Positions 28,201 to 43,200 of a DNA stretch of 64,000 bases are shown here, piece after piece. The stretch's first letter is position 1; each line of letters opens with the position of its first letter. The stretch covers positions 24,338,912-24,402,911 of the forward strand of contig NC_092675.1 of assembly GCF_964355755.1 (NCBI RefSeq). Reading direction: 5' to 3'. The notes beneath the pieces are model-generated. The model was not told the origin of the DNA and ran no database searches. It worked only from the letters and a program-made list of their open reading frames with translations. Both the position numbers and the translations under genes were made by a program. This stretch comes from Antedon mediterranea. Taxonomy: Eukaryota; Animalia; Echinodermata.

Positions 28201-31200
28201 TTGTTATTGTATGCTCTGGTTGTCTGTACAGAGCCGAAATATAAAAAACGCGCATTTTTCACCGATAAAATGGTTCACAAAAACAGAGGTTCAGTATTTG
28301 TTCATGCAGCTACTAAAAAAGTATTTGTCATATTAAACTAGTAAACTTACACTTACAGCAAATAATCTGAGCGTTTCAATTTATATGTTTAATATCAATA
28401 TTATTTATGTAAGCTTACCATCGCAATTCTTTAGATCAACATTTAAAACATATCCTTCTCTGCAGCTGCAAGTGTATGAGCCCAAAGTATTGGTACATTC
28501 CTGTTGGCAGAACGGTACACCATCTTCTCTGTCATGACCTTCAGTACACTCATCAAAATCTGAATTACAGCAAGTAATATAATTTATGTTACAGGTTAAA
28601 AATAACTGATAAGACCTAATGATAAAATGTGTATGTTATTTAAGAGTTAAATATATTACACTGTATGAAGCGAATACATGTTAAAGATTCATTTATTTCA
28701 AAATACCTTACAAATACCTTAACAAATGAAACAAATCGTCGATATGAGTACATTAAAAAAAATTGTGTACTAAGAAATAGTTTAAAAATAATTAGTATAA
28801 ACACGTATAAGCTAGACCAGAGGAAGAGTTACAATAACGTGGGTCATAAGGTCATTGGAATTATTTAATGATATTAGAGAGAAATTACGTACCGTAACAT
28901 TTGAATCCATTTCCTATTAAATCACCAGGACATGTCGAACATGTAACATTTATTAAGGGTGCCATTTGATCGGTACATGTGACTCCAGGATAACAAGGGT
29001 TATCTAAACAGCCATCGTAATCTTCACTGCAATCAAACCCGGTCCATGCAGGAGTGCACTCACACTCGGACACCTAAAACGATAACGAAACGTATTAGAG
29101 TGGTACTTAGTGTGTATTATGTCACTACAGCCGTCGCTTTTTACCACAATAACTAAACTAATACCAACATTGAATGTTGAGCATCCACAATAATTCAGTT
29201 AAATCTTGCTTTTAACATTGATGATATTATTTTACATTATGAATGGTACTTGCAGCTGCTGCTGAAAGTATCTACATTTTGCTTTTTTCTCTTTTCAACA
29301 ATACATGATCAAATTATGAACCCATCTTTAATACAAAATATCAACATAAAATAGATGTACTTTTATTTCAAAACAAAAAGAATAAACATGTAACTAACTG
29401 CAAAATGATTGTTCAGTAAATCTGATCTTTCAACGAGAGCATTAAAATTGCAAACCCCGCCATTCTCACAATTACATATAATGACATCTAGTGGGAAGGA
29501 CGCCGCTGCTCCTTGATCATCCATTGCAACAAGTGTGATCTTAACCTGGTCAGTTGCAAGAGGGGTCCATGTGAAAACACCATCTTAAAAAGAAACAATC
29601 ACAGTTAAACAAAACATGTAGAAGAATAACAATGTGTCGAGTCTCGAGGCGACTGCTCAGTTTTACCAAGTATTATATAACAATTTTTCCATCAGTTCAT
29701 TTTATCATTATTAGTTTGCCATTTTCATAGAAATATTATAAATATGTTAATATGTCAATGGCTAACAACAATATCATTCAAGAGGTTGCAAATTCCGTGG
29801 TATTATGCAACGCATGTACACGCATTTAAAGTATGTACCCCCCTAAAACATATTATATATATTTTCTTAATATGCCATTTTAATTTTAATGTCAAGTAAT
29901 AGTTATTCACTTTGACCAAAAAAATAATTTACCTGAAACAAAAATAATTTAAAGATGTATTGTCCCCTGAAAAAATAATTCTCAAAATGTTTGTTGTTGA
30001 ATATTCCATTTTAATGTAACATAATAGTTATCGACTTTGATCAAAAATTGGATTCGAAAAAAAAATGTATTTACCTGACAAAATGTAATTTAAAGCAAAA
30101 AATGGTCAAATTGGCTGCCAGCCAATGGATTTTTTGTTGAATTTAACCATTTATTTTGTCCTTTTATTTACAAGTGAAAACATAATAATTTCTATGGAAG
30201 TTATTAACTTTATTAAAACTACAAAATAACATATTCAAAGTCTGATTTAATTAATCTTCATTTTTCATGTTTTTGGGTGACAATACATCTTTAAGGCCAA
30301 AAAAAAAAATTGTCTGTCAGGCAATGGTTTTTTGGTTCAATTAAATGTTTCTTTTGTCTTTTTATAAGTGAAATAATTAGTGAATAACTATTATTAAAAC
30401 TGCATAATGGACTTTTGCAAAATATAATGGTGATGCTATGATTAACATAAAATGCCTTAAAATGGGATTGAATTGAATTATTTAATGTATAGAGTGTCAA
30501 TATTTAATAACATTTTCAATAACTGATGTATAAAATTAATTTAGTTAGTTTCTCCATGGAGGTCCATGGTTTCTCGTAATTTTTTACCTGTATCAATACC
30601 AGCACCAGGAACAGAATCTTCAAGGGAGTACGTTACAGGACTGTCTTCTGGGTCTGTTGCAACAACTCTTAATATGTACTGAATGCCTACCATCGCCAAC
30701 AGTTGGTTTGTACCATTCAAAGCATTAGGAGGAGAAATAGCAAGGACACTCGTAATGTTTGGTGGGAAGTTATCTTTAAATGAAAGACAAATGTAACTTT
30801 TTATTACTTGTAAAGTCTTAATACATAAACCAAAATTATTTGTTAGCAGTTTGAACAGTAAAAAGAGAGGACAAACATCTATACACAATACTTTAATACA
30901 GTGTCAGTTTAACCATTTTCATAATATTAGTGGTATTAGTAAGATATTATAGTGTAATGGTTAAAATTTCTTGCCAAAATAGGTTCGTATTCTTTGTTTC
31001 TACTTTTGTAAATATGCCACTTTAGGTGGTTGGAATTTGATATTTTATATCCGGATAAATAAAATAAATTGTTGAATTGTTTACCCCATTAGCCCAGGGG
31101 ATTTTCTAAATGTTAGCTAAGCCTCCCTAGGATTTGTTCCTTTTCATGAAAAACCTAACCTACGTCCTTGGAATTTTGGTTTCATACACATATTCTTTTA

Positions 31201-34200
31201 TTAAGTGTAATGACTGGGAACGAAATTGTAATACATCCAATGTAATTACAATAGTTACATGCCGTCGTTGTCATGACTAGAAGAAGAGATTTATGGGTGT
31301 TAATGTTGAGCTATTGTTTATGTATTATGTTTGTTATAACAAAACATGTTTGTATTGTTTCGGAAGACCTATCAACAATACGCATATATAACATAATTTA
31401 TGAGCCCTTGGCTTAACACGAGTAGGTAAATGTATGGGCCCTTGGAGAATAAACTTACAACTGAGATAAGTATTGCAATACTTTGACAATTTGTAGATAC
31501 GTAATAACCATTTTTGGTCGCCATTTGAATCGACATTTTCTTACTGTGAATGTGGTTACTGTTAGATATATAAACACATATACAAAGAACATTTATTACT
31601 GTGACTGTGGGTAGGCTCTACTGCTGGATATTTAAACACATAATATATAAATAAAAACTTTATTACTGACAACTGTTTCTCAACGTTTGTATTAATTAAT
31701 AATAAACGTCGTAGTGTTGTATCGTTACATGTACTTTACTATTTCAATCTACTATAACAGGGACAGTTTTCAAAAAGTATTAAATCGAAAATGGTTTACT
31801 GTGTTTAGTGGTATATTATTTATAGGCCTATAAAACATTTAAAGCAATATTTCGTTACTGAGTGGATAAAGAATATATGTAAAAAGTGTTCTTCCCATCT
31901 TCTTTCCCATCCCTCAACTCTAATGTTATATACAAAACACAAATTGTTTTTTTTTTAAAGACAAGTTTCTCCTTCGGAAGTAGGCCTAATTCCCAGGGTG
32001 CTAATTTTAGTAGACTACATTAATCATCGTGTCTATTTATTCGTTTCTGAAAACGACAATGTATTTATAATCCTGCGGTACGTACATTTGAAATCGCCAT
32101 TTTTTCCCCTCTGAAATTACTGTGTATAACATAATTTAAACAAATTTCTAATTTAAAGATTTTAGAAATAACAGTTACCATTAATATATCAGTGCGTAAT
32201 TGTATGTGCAAGTGCATATTTTATATGGTATTTGATATATTTTTGTACACTGACGATGTAATTTGTAAACACTATTATTTACCCAATTCGTCTAAATTAT
32301 TGTTGTTATTTTCATTGGTTGACTTTGTGATTTCACCAAAAGAAAGATCACTCGTAATTAGAGTGTCAAACAGACACGTTCTATCATTTCCACACATTTT
32401 CACTGCCTGGTCGTAGAAATCAGTTCCATTATGGTTCTGAACAAGATCTTCGAATAATGCAGGCTTAAAGGTGAGGTTATTTACAGAGTACCATGTTTCA
32501 CCATCGACATAGGTAAACAATGATGTTTCGTTTGTTGTTCTCCCTAAAAAACAAATATGAAAAGTATTCTTTTTAGTATTTCTAATATTTGTTATAATAT
32601 AGAGATTTTACAACAGAAGATGTCTTTATCTTTCTGATGATGTATATTAATTCATTTCTCGAAATTTGGTCTACTTCTTGCAAAGACTATGTAAACAAGT
32701 TAATTCTCCACATTCCTAAACACACGTTTAACTCCTGCTTCACTGTAAATGACATGTATTCACATACGGTACTTATGTTATATGTATTCTGTATGTCACT
32801 GCCCGTTTTTGTTTATTTCAGGTTTTCTATAGTGTAATTTTAATAAAATAATATTAACTAAAAGGTACAAGAAAGCTAAATTTGCGTACAAAGTTAGAAA
32901 GGGCATTTTTATTATTAATTGCGATCGGTATTTATTCTTATTTCTTGTTTGGATTTTTATTCATTCTTACATGTGCTTCCAAACTGTAAAGCATATATGT
33001 CTGTTACGGTTGTGTTTGGTTCAATAACAAGTGTTGTGCCGTTCGATAAAAGAAAGTCATCAGTAACGTTGTCATTCCAAACACCTACAAAATATGGTTA
33101 ATTTCAAAATTGCAGTAACAAATTGTTGGATGGTAATTCAAATTATTATAGTATTATAATATAACTTGTTTTTGTGACGATATTGTTGTAAGTGTACTTC
33201 AGTATAATAATAATATTTATTTCTTCGAAACAAATAAAATACATTAGTAAGCCTACCGTATAAGCCATTTGTTTGTCCTTTGTAACTGTCAGGAATGGAT
33301 GCAACTACGTCTATTGCTGTTTTCACTAACCCAATTGATAGAGAAATACCAGATGACCATGCGGCAACAACACGGTTATCAGTTGAATTACCAGAAGGAA
33401 GACTTATCGAGAAAGTGCTATCAGATTCTGAAACATACGGTTCTACAGAAAAAAAAAAATCATATAATACATATCATTAGGCCTATATCATAAAGTTCAT
33501 TCTTGCTTATTGATAAGTTAAATTATGTTACCGGTATTAGTTTTGCTGGTCGAAAATATGATATATTTAATGGTAATATTTTTTCAAAATCTTTAGAACG
33601 CATCCAATTGGTTGTATTGTAAAGTATCTCCACAATATAGTAGGCTTATTATCTATTTATTATCATAATAAAATAATAGTCAATCTTTCAACTCCATAAA
33701 ATATTCTCCTCGTACAATGCATAAACATTAATTATTTGCAGTATTGTCATCAAACATTTCATGAAGTAAAAATAATGTATATTACCAGTGCCTAAGTCTG
33801 TTTTATTAACAGCAATGCTACCATTTACAACAATTTCAAAATCACTAGCATTCGAATTTAATTTAAACTCCACCTGTAAATCAAGTAAAATATTATTACA
33901 AATAACTGTATAAATACAAACCACACAGTGGTATCTGGAATTTATTATAATGCAAAACTATGAAGATGAGGAATAGCCGCAGATGTGGTGTAGTTGAAAT
34001 ATTGATTCTATAACTCTAGTTTTACTCATTCTGATTTATTTATATCAAGCTATTTGTAAAAGTTTGAATTAAGTACTATTTTTTGATAATTTTATTAATT
34101 TCCAGTTGACTTTAAACTGGCATTAAGCTTGGTTCCCACTTGAACGTAACGCAAGGACGTAAACGCAACGCAAGCGTTTTAACCAATGACAAGCGAAGTT

Positions 34201-37200
34201 ATATACAGTTAGCAATCACAAGCCAATAAGCCATCGCTTGTGATTAGTCAATTCACTTGATGGGTTTGTTTCTTGATGGGTTTGTTTCGAAACAAACCCA
34301 TCCAATACGTCCTTGTGTTGCGTCGCTAGTGGGAACCACGCTTTACTGTTAGGCCTAAGTATTAGAACATAATTTTATACAAAACAATAGTTATATAATG
34401 TCAATAGCTTTATAAATGTTAGCTACGTAAAATCTATTAAAAATAATATTTACTTTAGTAAAACCAGCCTGAGCTGCAATTGCTGTAAAGACTGTAGCAT
34501 CTACATCGTTCCTAAATTTCTGCATTCGTCCTTGTAACATGAATTCGTCGTTGACATTCAAAAGTAAAAATTCCCCCATTGCATTAAATGTATATTCAAG
34601 ACCATCCAGCGTACGCATGTGCGGATCACCAAATACCCATCCTAAATACAATTTCATTGTTTCACTTATTATTAAGTGTTTTGCGTATTTTCCACTAGAT
34701 TAAACCAATCATAAAAGTTTGTTTCGTCTTTATTATTTTGAAAAATATAATTATATAATTTACAAATAAAAACGAAACAAACTTGTATGATTATGATTAT
34801 TATTTGATTATGATTATTAGTTTAAGATTAAGTTTTAGGTTGTAAGTAATAGTAAATAGTATTAGCCTATTCTGACTTGTTGTTCTAAATATTTTGTTAA
34901 CGGACACAAAACTATCACCATGACTACATTTTGGGTTCGTTGGAAGAAAGAATGTGTCATTTCATTTCATTAGAATTAAAGTAGTTAGCCCTACATATTA
35001 TGTTTAATAGTTAATTATACCTGTATGAAGTCAACATTGATAATTTTGTTTTTATTTATCTGTCAAGTTTGCCTATCCGTTTATCAATTATTTTGTTCAT
35101 CTGTCTATTTGTCAGTCCGTGCATCAATCTCCATCCATAAGTCCAACCAATAGTCGGTCCGTCTGTCCGTCTATCTGTTTTTACAAGACTTACCGATATT
35201 TGGTGGTATGTATCCTTGGCAAGTACCTTTTGGTCTTACCTCCGCATACAAGTTACAATAGTAAGGATCATTTGATTCAGAACAGCAAACGTAGCGGGGA
35301 ATCCAGTCCAAGTCTAAAATAAAGGTTTTTTAAAAATTATTGTTAACCACATACAAAGTGTAATATCGTGTGTAAATTAAATATCTACATTATAAGAAAT
35401 GCCTACCGGTTTTTATTTTTACAAAAAAACTTGCTTGTTGCTATTTGTATCTAACACTTCTTTCCAAATATAGTTTTGTATTTTATTTATGTTTATGTAC
35501 GGTTTGCTGTTAATTTTTGCGGTTTTAGAATCGATCTGATATTGTTATATGTAATATTTTAAATCTTTTTCTGTAAATGATCTTAACAGTAATTGAATAT
35601 CACAAGCATATAATTCTACACCAGTTATATTACCGACTTACAGAAATGTAGAAAAAATAGAAAGAAATTGTTATCAACAAAATGATATCGTTCCACGAAA
35701 CTACTTGAAAACACATTGCCTCCATATCCTTCAATGAGTGACCCATCTCCCCTGTAACAACATGTCATACCCGCTCCTGACCATGATGCAACTTGAGTCT
35801 GCAGACAAAAGGAGTTTCCTAAAACATAAATATATACTTATATTAGATTTATATTATATCTAAATAGAATAAGTAACTCTTCTATAGTGTGGTCAAGCAG
35901 AGACCACGTTTGTTGACGAGGAAATAGGTTGACGAAGAAATAGGTTGATAGACATGGGAAAGATCGATGTTACATTATGCTACATGTAGTTTTGCTTATT
36001 TATTTACGATCACTGTCACAATAGTAACACTAACAATAAAATGACCATTTTTCCCCCAACTGCCATCTTAATCGGTAATGATGATTCTTTAAAAGTTGTA
36101 TTTTTGATGATTACACTGGTTATGATGACATTAAAGTTTTGAATTATAAAATGTACAAGTAATAACTCACCATCCGCGGCGTTAATGGCGTCTACCAGTT
36201 CTGGCGAAACAGAAGATGTTCGGGATGCCCGCCCGCGTCTACTATTTCCAAAAGATAAATCGTTGGAACTCTGTGTATGTACGCATGGACATACTCCAAA
36301 TCCACTTAACCACCATAGGTTACTCGATTCTGTGTTTCTCCAATCCATACAATATTGCCTGTAATTGACCGTATCTTCGGTATTCATTTCCAATCTAAAG
36401 AACCATTGACCATTTAAGCCAGTATTACTCGTGGAATCTGGAGAATATCTTGAGTTAGCAGTTGGAAAATAATTTGAATCTAGCTGGACGTTGTTGTATT
36501 CTCCATTTACTCCTACTCCATAACCAATAATCACATTTTTCTTATCAAGAACATCTGGATTCCACTTCATGCCATTGATCTCATAATTAAATAATGTAAA
36601 ACTATACACACCGTCTGTGATAAGTGCTGCTTGGAAGGTTGCCGTCTGTAAATATTAGAATGAACATGTGTGTTATGCATAATGGTTTACTATGCTATCA
36701 ATTTTACTGTGGCGTGCAGAAGCAATTTCATTACCTCCTTTTCACACACCGCTCCACCCACTTTTTCTTCTGGAATATTCAGTAGTTAAATAAGACAAAT
36801 CGAAAAAAAGAAGACATAGCAGCCCGAAGGCTCAAATACGAATTAAATTTATAATCACTCGAATATTAAGAGATTATAAATGCATGACATTCAATGGTAA
36901 AAATAATAAAATGTCGTAAGGAAGAAAGATAGATTAAAATTCAGCTGATGTGATCATATTTACCAAGTAAGAGATTTGATTATTCTGATAGTTTTGCATA
37001 ATATATAGTGTTAGTTTGGTATTGTATTCAATTTATACTAATCGTCAGGAAATGGTAGAAGGTAGAAAATATAACCCGTACTCTTCAAGCGGTAAGTTAC
37101 AACAACACACGCAATACTTTTGCTTCACCATTATTTTGCATGAACTAAAAAATATAGTGCAATGTATTACCTTCCCATCATTATTTTCTACCGGATATTG

Positions 37201-40200
37201 TGGTATTTTCTCCCATGTTACAACCAACATCCACTTGCCCATCCAATTATCGTCGAGATTCAGAATACCCAATTGACTTGAAAATTGCCTTGTGCGATTT
37301 GATGCTAATGCTAACATTTCTATGTCACGTTCACCTCCTGTGTCCATATTATTTTGGTACACCTAAATTTGGAAAACAACAGTTGTTGCATTTGACTAGT
37401 AAAAGTAAAATTTTAAATGTTGAATAGTAGTATTACACCGTTGTAAACTAAAATAGCTATTATAGTGCATGGTCTATGTCTATGTCTATGGTTTATTTTA
37501 TTGGTTTTCATAATGTCTTATCATTTTCAAATCTGGTAGGTATTTATTTGACGAGAATAAGAGTGTGCTACTACAATATGCCTAGGCAGCCTATGACAGT
37601 GAATACCTTTATAAAAATAAGTAGGTTTAGTTGTTTTTCGATATGCTACTGATCAGAATAATGTAGGCATACCGTGCACAATTATACTTACGTTGTAATA
37701 CACTTCACCAATGTCACCCGATAAATCGGAATCCGCCCAGAACGGAGCGATAACTTTAAACGGGTAGTTTCTGTAGAGACCATCGGTTGGTGGATTTGCC
37801 AGTCCATATTTTGGAGCATTTTCTTGAGACAAAACAATTGCTCCATTTTCAGTACACTACAGGTAGTTAGTACATAAAATAATTGAAAATTTAGTTTGTA
37901 ATGGTTTTCGTTAAAGAAAACCTAGAACTATTGTTTATGGAATTGTTCTATGTGTGGTAATGTTTTCTAAAACAAAACAAAAACCTAAAACGAATTATTT
38001 GGGAGTACAATAATAACAGTGAGATTGTATTGACATATAATGAAAACAGTTCAAAATACTTAACTGACATAGGATAGAAAATCATAAATGTTGATTTGTG
38101 TACTCTCAGTATACACAGTAGAGGGTACTTACGTATATACTGTATATAAAATCGCCATGGAATGGAAATCCATTGGTAGGTTTAAAAGTCGGCGATACCT
38201 TCTCTGGTATATCATTGGAAGACAATTCATAAAGGGTATTTAGACTGTCGTCGCCTTGTTCGGTACCCCACGGGAAGAAGAAATCAACTGGAATATATAA
38301 TACATTAATGTTATTTTATCGTTATTAATTCATCCAAATATTTTTCAAACATCGTATAATTATTGTTGTTTTAATCATGTTATCTATCAATTAAGAGATA
38401 TGGCAATACTAAAATAAGGCAGGGAGAGCACATTTAGAAAGAAAAGCCAAACAAAATAGAAAGAATATCAAGAGCAATCAGGGAGTTTTAAATCCGTCAA
38501 AGAGTAAAAAGAGAAAAATTGTCGATAATAAAGGAGGCAACAGTCAATTAATAAATGTTCGATGCCCGAAGCATGCAGCATAACAGTTCGCCGTGACATC
38601 TAAAATCCTATTTAAAATGATTTGCTTTATACTATCGTATTACTGCAATAACGAGCTGTTTAGAGAAATACTCCCCCCTCTTCATAAGCCAGCTCGGTCT
38701 CTCAGAGTCAACCGCTTTCTCGAATTACCTCATTGTAAAACCAGCAGACTTAGGTCGTCTCCAGTTCCCACCATGGTTGATATAATTAATAGGCACCACT
38801 AGCTTTTTTTTCGTTAAGTCAATGGGCCTTGTTTGGTTCCTTGTTGTAATTTGGTACCCCAGTATTTTAAAGATATTTAATAAGTGAATGTTTTGAGGTT
38901 TTTTATTCATGTATGTTTTATAATTCATGGTACGATATTTAATTTTAATAGGATGGTTCTATTTTTATAGCAATTTTATCAAATTTTTATATTTTTGTAA
39001 TGCAATTCATTTCAGTCCTTGACCGTCGTTTTGTAATTGGCTGTGTTTTTAATATACCGAATAAATAAAAAAAAAATAAATAAATAAATAAATTAAAAAA
39101 ATGACCAAATCTAAAACATATTATTCGGGTAAAACGTAGTTCATTACCTTCACAATTATATCCATCTCCAAAGTAACCTTCACCACATTCACATGTGTAA
39201 CTTCCGTCACTGTTGAAGCACATGGAACCAATTTCTGCACATTCGTTAATCAGAAGGCATTCGTTTATATCTTAAAATAGAAAATATAATAATGTTGCTC
39301 TATTTATAATATTAACGAAAAGGAAGAAAACGAAAAGTAAGAAAAAAGAATATTTGGTCTTTGTTTAGAAAGTATTACATATTATTAGGAGAAAATGAAT
39401 AATATGTGAATGAGTGAGAGTAAACGAGAGAAAACATTAAAATTAAATGCAAAGTTAAATATTTAATTAAAATAAATGATAAAGATTTGTTAAATAAATA
39501 TTACACTTTACCATTGCATTGTGTACCATTAACAACATATCCATCAGGACATTCACATCTGAAACCACCATCTTCGTTGATACAAGTTCCAATTTGATCA
39601 CATGTATAAGGATTTTTTGTACACTCATCAATATCTTGAGCACGTAAACAATATTATTATAATTTATAAATTTGCAGAGTAATTAATACTATTTCTTTTT
39701 TACTTTACAGTTAGGGAGAAAATGGCAAATTCAGCCATCAACACATTTTAGATATCTCAATTATCTGGGAATGTTCAATTCACTACATGATTCTATTTCG
39801 GTTACTTTCTCTTGTGCCGTGTTAACCAATTCCATAATGTGTTCATTATTTGTATAGTTATCGAGGGAGACAAAGCTACACTGCAGTGATCACAGCGTTC
39901 ACTTTAAACAGAAGTGTTGTCAAAACAATATAGATTAACTGATAACATTTCTAGAAAGTAGGAAACCTTTTTCCATTTTTCCCCTGACTGAAAATAGCCT
40001 GAGTTTAAATAAAATGTTACTAATTGACTTTATTGTCGGCATACATACCTCGACACCCACGAGGAGCAGGCTGATCATATATTCCATTGTTACAAGTTGT
40101 AGCGACAGCTGAAGTTGGAATAAGCTCATACCCGTCCATTTCACAAACAAATTGCAAGTTACTACCATGCGTATACGAACCAGTAATCTCAACACCATCA

Positions 40201-43200
40201 ACCGAGAGTTGAGGACAATCAGCTGTTTCAACAAAAGCATGGTTAATTTCCAAAAACCAAAATATTTAGACGATTACACAATTAAAAGCCAGAATAGTTC
40301 TATTATGTCTATAATAGGTAACGTATGCCAATGTTATATTACCGTAACAACTAGGGAACTGAAACACACCGCCGATCAGACAAGGACTAACTGGCATACC
40401 AACTAAAGTATATCCGTTAAAACAGCTATATGTTATGTTTTCTCCAATTCCAAAATTACATTTCGTTCCTTCTATAATAACAGCCTCAGGTATTATTGAA
40501 ATATCCCACTTGCAAAATCCTTTGATATAAAATACATAAAATTGTTATTTCTACTGTACAGAACATCACATAATCTTTCAAGGCATGTATATTTTCATTC
40601 TGTGTTTGTATTTTTAGCCTACTTTGATGGCTACAACATTATAACATAATGCATCGGTTGCTCATGTGGATAAATGATGATAAATGTACTCCGCCGAATA
40701 ATAAATGGTTTATTTTGAAAAAGAATATTATGCAATAATATTAGATAAAATGAATTAGAAAAATACAAAACCTGAGCAAAACGACTCTTCTTCTTCGGCA
40801 TTGTTATAGCAATCGAAATAGTTGTCACAAACATAACACTCTTGAATACATTTTGAACTGTTAGGACAACGGAACTCGGTTGAAAGGCAAGACCCTATAA
40901 TTGTGTAACGAATTAGGAACACATGTTAGATATCTCAATTATCTGGGAATGTTCAACTCACTAAAGATAGCAGAGTATTGGGTTTTAAAACAAATATATG
41001 TAGTATTTAACATACCACAATTTTCTTCTGATTCATCAAACGCGTCTTGACAATCCGGTAAGCCATCACACTTGAATCTGTCTGCTATACACTTTTCTGG
41101 ACAGCGGAAGAACCCCACGTTACAGGAAGCACCTGTTAGTAAAGAAGGCAGTGACAACAGTATTTACGTATACCATTTTAGTAAAAGAAAAGGCCTCACT
41201 TTTTTAGGCGAATTGCGGTTACAATTTATGCTAATGCCGCACTGTGATGTAATTTACCTTTACATGCATATCTCAAAATTAGATATATAACTGCCCTGTA
41301 TATATACATGTTGAACTATTACTATACTGTACATTCATGCAAAACACCAATTTTTGGGGGTTATTTTATTCGTAAAAAGATTAATTACATTTGTTTCTAA
41401 ATAATTATTTGTTTTTAGTCTTCAAGAAAACCATTGTACAAATCAAATTATTTTCACGTTATGATTTGGTGAATAAACGTATTTGTAGCTTGATAAAAGA
41501 GCTTATCTATAAAAACCTACTTTTGTTTAATTGACCCCTAAACGCGTTTATTTTTTCACTTTAAAAGTGTTTCAAATAATAAATGTCATCTTCATCATAA
41601 ACATGTTGTGTGATATATGTTCAATTCAAGTGATATGTACCCTCACTTACCAGTTATTTCAATTGTAAAGGAACACACAGAAATCAGTCCTTCGTCATCA
41701 ATTGCAACGTACATTAATGTATATTCGCCTTCTTCAAATGAATCTCCAGAGACATACATATTACTGGCGAAGGGTATGACAGTAACACCGCCAGCATTGT
41801 CTGTAGCGATTGCATCATTCCATGTAATAACAATGCTATTCGTGTTAATAGCCAGCATTGTATTAATATTACTTGGACATGTTATTCTTGGGGGTTCCAT
41901 ATCTAAAATAAAAATGATATATATTTATATTATTATGTACATTCTTTGTGATCTACGTAAAGATCATAATACACAAAAATCAAATAATAATTTTAACCGT
42001 TTATTAATTCATATTTTTGCTTTGATCAATATATAGAATATATAACAGCTGATTCTCGTATGGTGTTTTTTTTTTCTACCGAGCAAAACATCGTGCACTA
42101 TCGTTGGTACTGGGCCATAATGGACCATCATTCCTACGTAACCCTAATCCTCTAAATAATTTCTCACATTATGAAAATAAATATACAACCAGTAAAATAA
42201 ATAAGAACATGAATATCAATTAAACATACAGTTACTAAACTGTTCTTTTTTTTTTTCTCCTTTTCATTTCTCCAAAAAGAAAAAAACATGGAATGATGAC
42301 GTAACAAATATGACTAGCAAATTGTGCAACTACATATTTACATATAAATACATATTTATACAGGATTACACAATCAGGTAAAAGAAAAACCTGTTTTATA
42401 TTGTGGTCCTGTCAGCATCCACTACATAACAGTAGTCAACATCAACAAGTTCGGATGAGCTGAGGCGGCTAATTATAGTGAATGAATTAGATCTAATATC
42501 CATTTCAATAGTTTGTTTTTCAAAATACACTTACTAAACTGTGTACAATTTGGGACGCCATAGTTACATAGCTTAATAATGTAAATTGTGTTTAACATGT
42601 ATTATTTTAAAAGGAAATACACTATGTATTTACTAAATATATAGGCCTGATGTCGTTGAATCACCATCTTAAACTTTCTTCATGGATCACCGGGTTTGAC
42701 TAAAAACTAAGATTGCGTAAGCGCAGATTCGCAGTCACCGGTGATGATCAAATTTGCATAAGAAAGAAGGACCGACACAAAGTTGATACGTTGATTCCAA
42801 CCAAAAGGAATAAACGGTCGATTCCTATCTCTTGGATTGTGTCAGATGTAATGCTATAATTCTTACAAACGAAACAGGTATAGAAAATGTAGGTTACCTG
42901 ATAAATTCGTTAGTAAACATTTAACTATGAATAAAATATACCTGCGATGGTAATGTAGTAAACACAGGATGCATGTCGCCCCAAACTGTCTTGTGCTGTA
43001 TATGACACGTTGTGTTGGCCGATTGGAAATTTAGTTTCTTCTGGAATAACATTTACATAAAAGTCACCATAAGCTCCACTGATAGTGGGCTCATCCAATT
43101 CAACAATTGCATAGTTTAACCCTACTCCAGTTGGAAGCGTGACGTCTGCTGGACATTCAATGACAAGTAGCACTAGTAATTTAAAATCAAACATAATGTA

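Noticed and set aside
10689-39634. Assigning the symbol MUC4, FBN or SUSD2
   Set aside because: Domains are shared, but the architecture differs (no TB domains; extra SEA, HYR and array). Orthology cannot be established without a phylogeny.
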